Both the position numbers and the translations under genes were made by a program. From positions 54,354-118,353 of the forward strand of contig JAFEBP010000010.1 of the NCBI GenBank assembly GCA_018242605.1: 64,000 nucleotides of DNA. The letters are read 5' to 3'. The notes beneath the pieces are model-generated. The model worked only from the letters and a program-made list of their open reading frames with translations, was not told the DNA's origin and searched no databases. Position 1 is the first letter of the stretch. Each line of letters opens with the position of its first letter. Source of the stretch: Planctomycetota bacterium (GTDB lineage Bacteria > Planctomycetota > Phycisphaerae > Phycisphaerales > UBA1924). Positions 62,762-64,000 of this stretch are shown one piece after another.

Positions 62762-64000
62762 GTGCCTTCACCCGCGTCTAAAACAAAGTCCAAACGATCG
62801 CCGATTCAGACCGTTTCGCTGGTCTCATTGGGCTGTCCCAAGAACCTCGTTGATTCCGAGAAAATGCTCGGAATGCTCGCAGAATCCGGCCTGGCGCCGA
62901 TTTCCTACGAAGGCGACGGGGGCTTTGGCGGGGCCGACGCGGTCGTGGTGAACACCTGCGGTTTCCTGGAAGCCTCCAAGGACGAATCGCTGGGCGTCAT
63001 CAAGGAAGCCATTTTGGCGAAGGAACGCGGCGAGGTGCAGCGGGTGATCGTCGCGGGCTGCCTTGTGCAGCGTCACCGCGCCAAGATGCTCGAGTGGGCC
63101 CCGGGTATCGACGCCATGGTCGGTGTGTTCGATCGCGACAAGATCGTGGAGGCCGTGAAGGGCGGGGCCGTCACTCGGGCACGCTCCAAGTCGGCGCTGG
63201 ATGCTTCCGACAAGCCCTCGTACTGGATCGCCGCGAACGCGCTCACCGCCGCCAAGGATCGCGGCCTCAAGACGGCGGGGCTCACCGTCAACGGCAAGGA
63301 CGGCAACGGCATCGGCTACTTCGAGGATGATTCGGCCCGCCTGCGTCTGACGCCGCGGCACTACGCGTACCTGCGCATCAGCGAAGGGTGCAATCAGAAC
63401 TGCGCGTTCTGCACGATCCCCAGCATCCGCGGCAAGATGCGCAGCAAGCCGCTGGACCGGATCGCGCAGGAAACCCGCGAACTCATCGCCGACGGTGCGT
63501 TCGAACTCCTGCTCATCGGGCAGGATACCACGAGCTACGGCGACGACATCGGCATGGGGCTCGACGCGGGCGTCGGCCTGCCGGGTCTGCTGCGGACCAT
63601 CTCCGACACCATGACGGCCGAGGGCTGCAAGGGCTGGCTGCGCCTCATGTACGCCTACCCCACCAACTTCGGCCCGCGCATTGTCGAGGCCTTCGCCGAC
63701 CTGGTGCAACGCGGCCGGCTGCTGCCGTACCTGGACATCCCGCTCCAGCACGCCAGCGACAAGGTGCTGGCCTCGATGCGGCGCCACGTCACACGCCGCC
63801 AGCAGGAAGACCTGATCGGCTCGATGCGGGAACGCATCACGGGCATGTCGATCCGCACCACGTTCATCAGCGGCTTCCCCGGCGAGACCGAGAAGGACCA
63901 CGACCAACTTTTGGACTTCATCAGCACGATGAGGTTCGAGGCCGTGGGCGTCTTCGAGTACTCCAAGGAGCCCGGCACCGTCGCGGGCACGATGGAAGAG
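62762..64000 (+). CDS. rimO: Ribosomal protein S12 methylthiotransferase RimO (radical SAM), 3' end lies outside the window
   Basis: This ORF is absent from the track because it has no stop inside the window. My own translation gives VSLVSLGCPKNLVDSEKMLGML and the radical SAM motif EGCNQNCAFCTIP. The frame is open to nt 64000. Confidence 0.85.
   Translation, partial: MPSPASKTKSKRSPIQTVSLVSLGCPKNLVDSEKMLGMLAESGLAPISYEGDGGFGGADAVVVNTCGFLEASKDESLGVIKEAILAKERGEVQRVIVAGCLVQRHRAKMLEWAPGIDAMVGVFDRDKIVEAVKGGAVTRARSKSALDASDKPSYWIAANALTAAKDRGLKTAGLTVNGKDGNGIGYFEDDSARLRLTPRHYAYLRISEGCNQNCAFCTIPSIRGKMRSKPLDRIAQETRELIADGAFELLLIGQDTTSYGDDIGMGLDAGVGLPGLLRTISDTMTAEGCKGWLRLMYAYPTNFGPRIVEAFADLVQRGRLLPYLDIPLQHASDKVLASMRRHVTRRQQEDLIGSMRERITGMSIRTTFISGFPGETEKDHDQLLDFISTMRFEAVGVFEYSKEPGTVAGTMEE

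Overview
GC-rich bacterial chromosomal segment (about two-thirds G+C by eye) with about 58 protein-coding genes and one tRNA-like gene. No rRNA or CRISPR array is present, and the only mobile-element trace is a decayed IS630-type transposase fragment. The gene content suggests Planctomycetota, probably Phycisphaerae-like; this is inference only. It rests on a DUF1559-like pseudopilin, HAF-repeat proteins ending in a GGC-terminated dockerin/EF-hand-like module or a PEP-CTERM tail, a TIGR02999-type ECF sigma factor, two about 560-aa signal peptidases, and a pilC-pilM-pilN-pilO-pilP-like-pilin cluster. Most of the window is housekeeping: pckA, ruvA, dut, dxr, dnaX-ybaB, mutS, rimO, nuoI, lepB x2, a Kef-type antiporter, a PrpD-family protein, an AstD-like ALDH, and a hydroxyproline epimerase plus DapA-like pair. 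Visibly AT-richer, accessory-looking patches lie at about 8.2-9.9 kb, 21.9-22.7 kb, 34.3-36.7 kb, 45.9-51.4 kb (arsR-arsC/D-arsA-acr3 operon) and 59.2-62.7 kb. I found no obvious novel multi-gene system such as a defence island. The observations most worth a second look are these. (1) dnaX stops two codons after an A7 slippery heptamer, and a tau-like tail continues in the -1 frame. (2) A tRNA gene has a canonical core but a 20-nt anticodon arm that cannot be folded canonically. (3) A TAnnnT box recurs 5-13 nt upstream of about 20 start codons with no Shine-Dalgarno, suggesting leaderless or near-leaderless mRNAs, whereas accessory genes carry classical SD sites. (4) Dispersed pyrimidine-rich imperfect heptad arrays lie upstream of several genes. 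(5) ArsC and ArsD form one in-frame ORF. (6) An orphan FliM/N-like plus FliO pair and a minimal PilC-like membrane protein next to the odd tRNA. All coordinates were counted by hand and all similarity calls come from motif recognition, not from searches.
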